Of a stretch of 64,000 nucleotides of DNA, positions 61,420 through 64,000 are shown piece after piece. The notes beneath the pieces are model-generated. The model saw only the letters and a list, made by a program, of their open reading frames with translations. It made no database searches and had not been told where the DNA came from. A program made the position numbers and the translations under genes. Source of the stretch: Stegostoma tigrinum (lineage: Eukaryota); assembly GCF_030684315.1 (NCBI RefSeq), contig NC_081381.1:34206784-34270783 (forward strand), read 5' to 3'. Position 1 is the first letter of the stretch; every line of letters begins with the position of its first letter.

Positions 61420-62022
61420 TCTCAAGAGAGCTAGAATACAACAGCAGATTGTACTGCTGAGGCAACACAAGGCTCTGGTCTGACTGCATTCGGAATATTG
61501 TGAGCAGTTTTGGGCCCTGTATCTAAGGAAGAATGTGCCAGCACTGGAGGGTGTCCAAAGGAAGGTTAAAAGAATGATCCCAGGGAAGAAAGGCTTGTCA
61601 AATGAGGAGTAGTTGAGGACTCTGGTCTGTACTCGATGGATTTTAGAAGGACGATGGAGGATCTCGGTGAAATTTACAGAATACTGAGAAGCCTGGGTAG
61701 AGTGGACGTGGAGAATACATTTCCACTATCGGAGAGACTAGGTCCTAAGGGCACAGCCTCAGGTTCAAAGCACTAGCCTTCAGAACTGAGGTGAGGAGGA
61801 ATTTCTTCAGCCAGAGGGTGGTGAATCTGTGTAACTCACTATTGCAGAAGGCTGTGGAGGCCAAGTTGTTGAATTTAAGACAGGAGATAGATAGGTTCCT
61901 GATTAATAAGGGGATCAAGGGTTACAAGGAGAAGCCAAGAGAATGGGGTTGAGAAACATATCAGCCATGATCAAATGGTGCAGCAGACTTGCTGGGCCTA
62001 ATTCTGCTCCTGTATCTTATGG
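61420..62022 (+). mobile_element. CR1/HER1 LINE 3' fragment in AADACL intron
   Basis: EYCEQFWALYLRKNVPALEGVQRKVKRMIPG...; 3' UTR tcttatggt. Confidence 0.8.
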
Positions 62023-63884
62023 TATTGTGGTCAATTTTGCTATAGAATGTTAATCCTGCTTTTGTCCAACCTTCCCTAGAGGTCTCGCTCAATACTGGAC
62101 TGGATCCAAGGTGCCCAGTCTGCGTACCTCCTGTAAAACTAAACTGGGCCCTGAAGAACAATTATTAAACATCACAATCAACAAAACATTTGGAGAAAAA
62201 TCTCCTATCTGTGTTCCTAAGAAGAATAGAATGTTCTGGAAGTTGCGTGGAAATGCATATAGTTATTTTGCAAAACAACAAGGACAGAAAGTATGCCTCA
62301 GTCATAGGAAATGAAAAACGGCAAAATTAACTGATGGGAGGACAATTGGTAAATAATTAAAAGCCAAGTGAGAAATGCTGTGATTACTTAGGGAGCCAAA
62401 CGCCCTTCATTTGCTGAGGTCAATGTGATCCAGCATTTTGTCTGTAGGGAGGGAATTCCTTGTTAATCGGCAGCATTGTTTATGACTCCCCACAGCACAT
62501 AAGTAAGAAATTTTAAAAAAGGACTAAGTAACGGATAACTGAAGTGGAAATAGGCAAAATTGCAGAGTTCAAGAGCTTGTGGAAATTGGCGCAGAATAAT
62601 GGGGGTAAAATAAAAAGCAAGCAAGATAACTGAGCAACAGCAAGGAATCTGCAAATTTCAGGCAGCTAGAAAATAAAACAAATGGAATAGGAAATCATAA
62701 ATAAAACTAGAACTCCGGGGATAACAAGAAGGTAGGAATTACAGACAAAAGAATAATCAAAGTCCATTTGGGCCTTCTACCTGTAGCAGCTTGGCGTAAC
62801 AATGTATTGGAGTAGCTGATCCATCCCAGCTATTAATCTCAATAAAAGGGATGTGAAATACAATTAGGCCTCAAATTACTGAAAGTAATCACGACTTTTT
62901 AAAATCTATTCTTTCATGGAACGTGGGTTTTGCCAACACAGTTCACATTTGTTAGCCATTCCTTATTGTCCTTGAAATGAGTGGCTTTCTGGTCTTTGCT
63001 GAGGGCAATTAAGACTTAACCACATTAATATGAGCCTGGAGTCACGTGTAGGCCTGACACAATAAGGACAGCAGATTCCTTCCCGATAGGACATTAGTCA
63101 ACAGATGGGTTTTTGCAGCAATCAATGATCACCATTACCGAGTACAGCACTCCATTCCTTTTTGGGTTACTAATTCAGTGCGCCCTTCAGAAAAAGTAAC
63201 TGTGAGTTTCGTAAAGAGATGTCGGAAGGGCTGAACAAAAATAAGATCAAATGCTAACAGATCATAAAAAAGTAAAACAATGTTAAAGATAAAAGAATTT
63301 TCAAGAACAGATACGACACCCCAGGGTGAAAGTAAGACATGGATCGGTAGAGGATAGAGGCAGGACAGTGATATTAAATAAATATTTTACCTACATCTTT
63401 TCTAACAAATGGTGGTGGTGAATATATAAATGGGACAATTGATAGAACTAACTCTAGAGAGGAATTTGGTTCTGAAAATAAATGAACAGACCCCGAGCTG
63501 GGTAGGTCAGTGAGTGCTGAACCCTGGGCTATTGGAAGAAGTCAAATAGTATGGATTCTGTTCACCACATTTTAACATTCTGAAACTGTGGCACTGTAGG
63601 GTGCCCTAATACATAGAACCTCTGCATGAGAAAGAAGAAAATGATAAATCCAGATCCTAATAGACAATGTGTCTAATGTTGCTTTTGGGCAAACTTGTGA
63701 AATACCTAAGTCAAGGTAAATTGAATAATTATTTACAAATGTCAGCACAGGTTTATAGATGCCAAACAGAGTTGGGGTAAATGTATATTGCTGCCTTAAC
63801 TGTAAACATTGTGGAGAACTTTTACCATGCTGACTGCAATGGTACAAGAGAGTGGCTCATCACCACCTTCCCAAAGGAAACATC

Positions 63885-64000
63885 ATGGAATCGCTACAGT
63901 GTGGGAAATAGGCCATTCAGCCCAACAAGTCCACACTACCCCTCTGAAGGGCATCCTATGCAGGCCCATTCCTTTCCCCTTGCATTTCCCATGTCTAACC
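63885..64000 (-). mobile_element. HE1 SINE 3' end (truncated by window)
   Basis: catggaatcgctacagtgtgg...cccaacaagtccacac. Confidence 0.65.

Noticed and set aside
60137-64000. Upstream AADACL exon with HGGG motif
   Set aside because: No HGGG-containing or otherwise convincing exon found by eye; probably beyond the window end.

Overview
Eukaryotic genomic DNA from a cartilaginous fish (HE1/V-SINE SINEs, CR1/HER1-type LINEs and Penelope-like elements typical of sharks). Three protein-coding genes can be built by hand with GT-AG junctions and consistent phases. (1) LRRC38 (BK-channel gamma-4 subunit), + strand, 2 coding exons (5821-6439, 16363-16610; 288 aa). (2) CFAP107/C1orf158, - strand, 4 coding exons (53940-53806, 48723-48613, 47138-46964, 46272-46103; 196 aa), with adjacent forkhead and RFX X-box motifs upstream of the ATG. 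(3) The last coding exon of an AADACL3/4-like lipase, - strand (60136-59353). This matches the AADACL-CFAP107-LRRC38 block I recall from human 1p36. The rest is repeat-rich: Penelope-like elements carrying minimal hammerhead ribozyme motifs (including a TSD-flanked tandem-ribozyme cassette), CR1/Tx1/Rex-like LINE fragments, SINEs, a decayed Harbinger Myb-like gene and long CT/CA satellites. The most unexplained signal is three diverged copies of a coding-like block (LTE..PSHTD..QAEIKY..ETLWKE) about 5.5 kb apart between CFAP107 and LRRC38, suggesting a decayed tandem gene array. All identifications come from recalled sequences and manual reading; no database search was run, and repeat boundaries are approximate.
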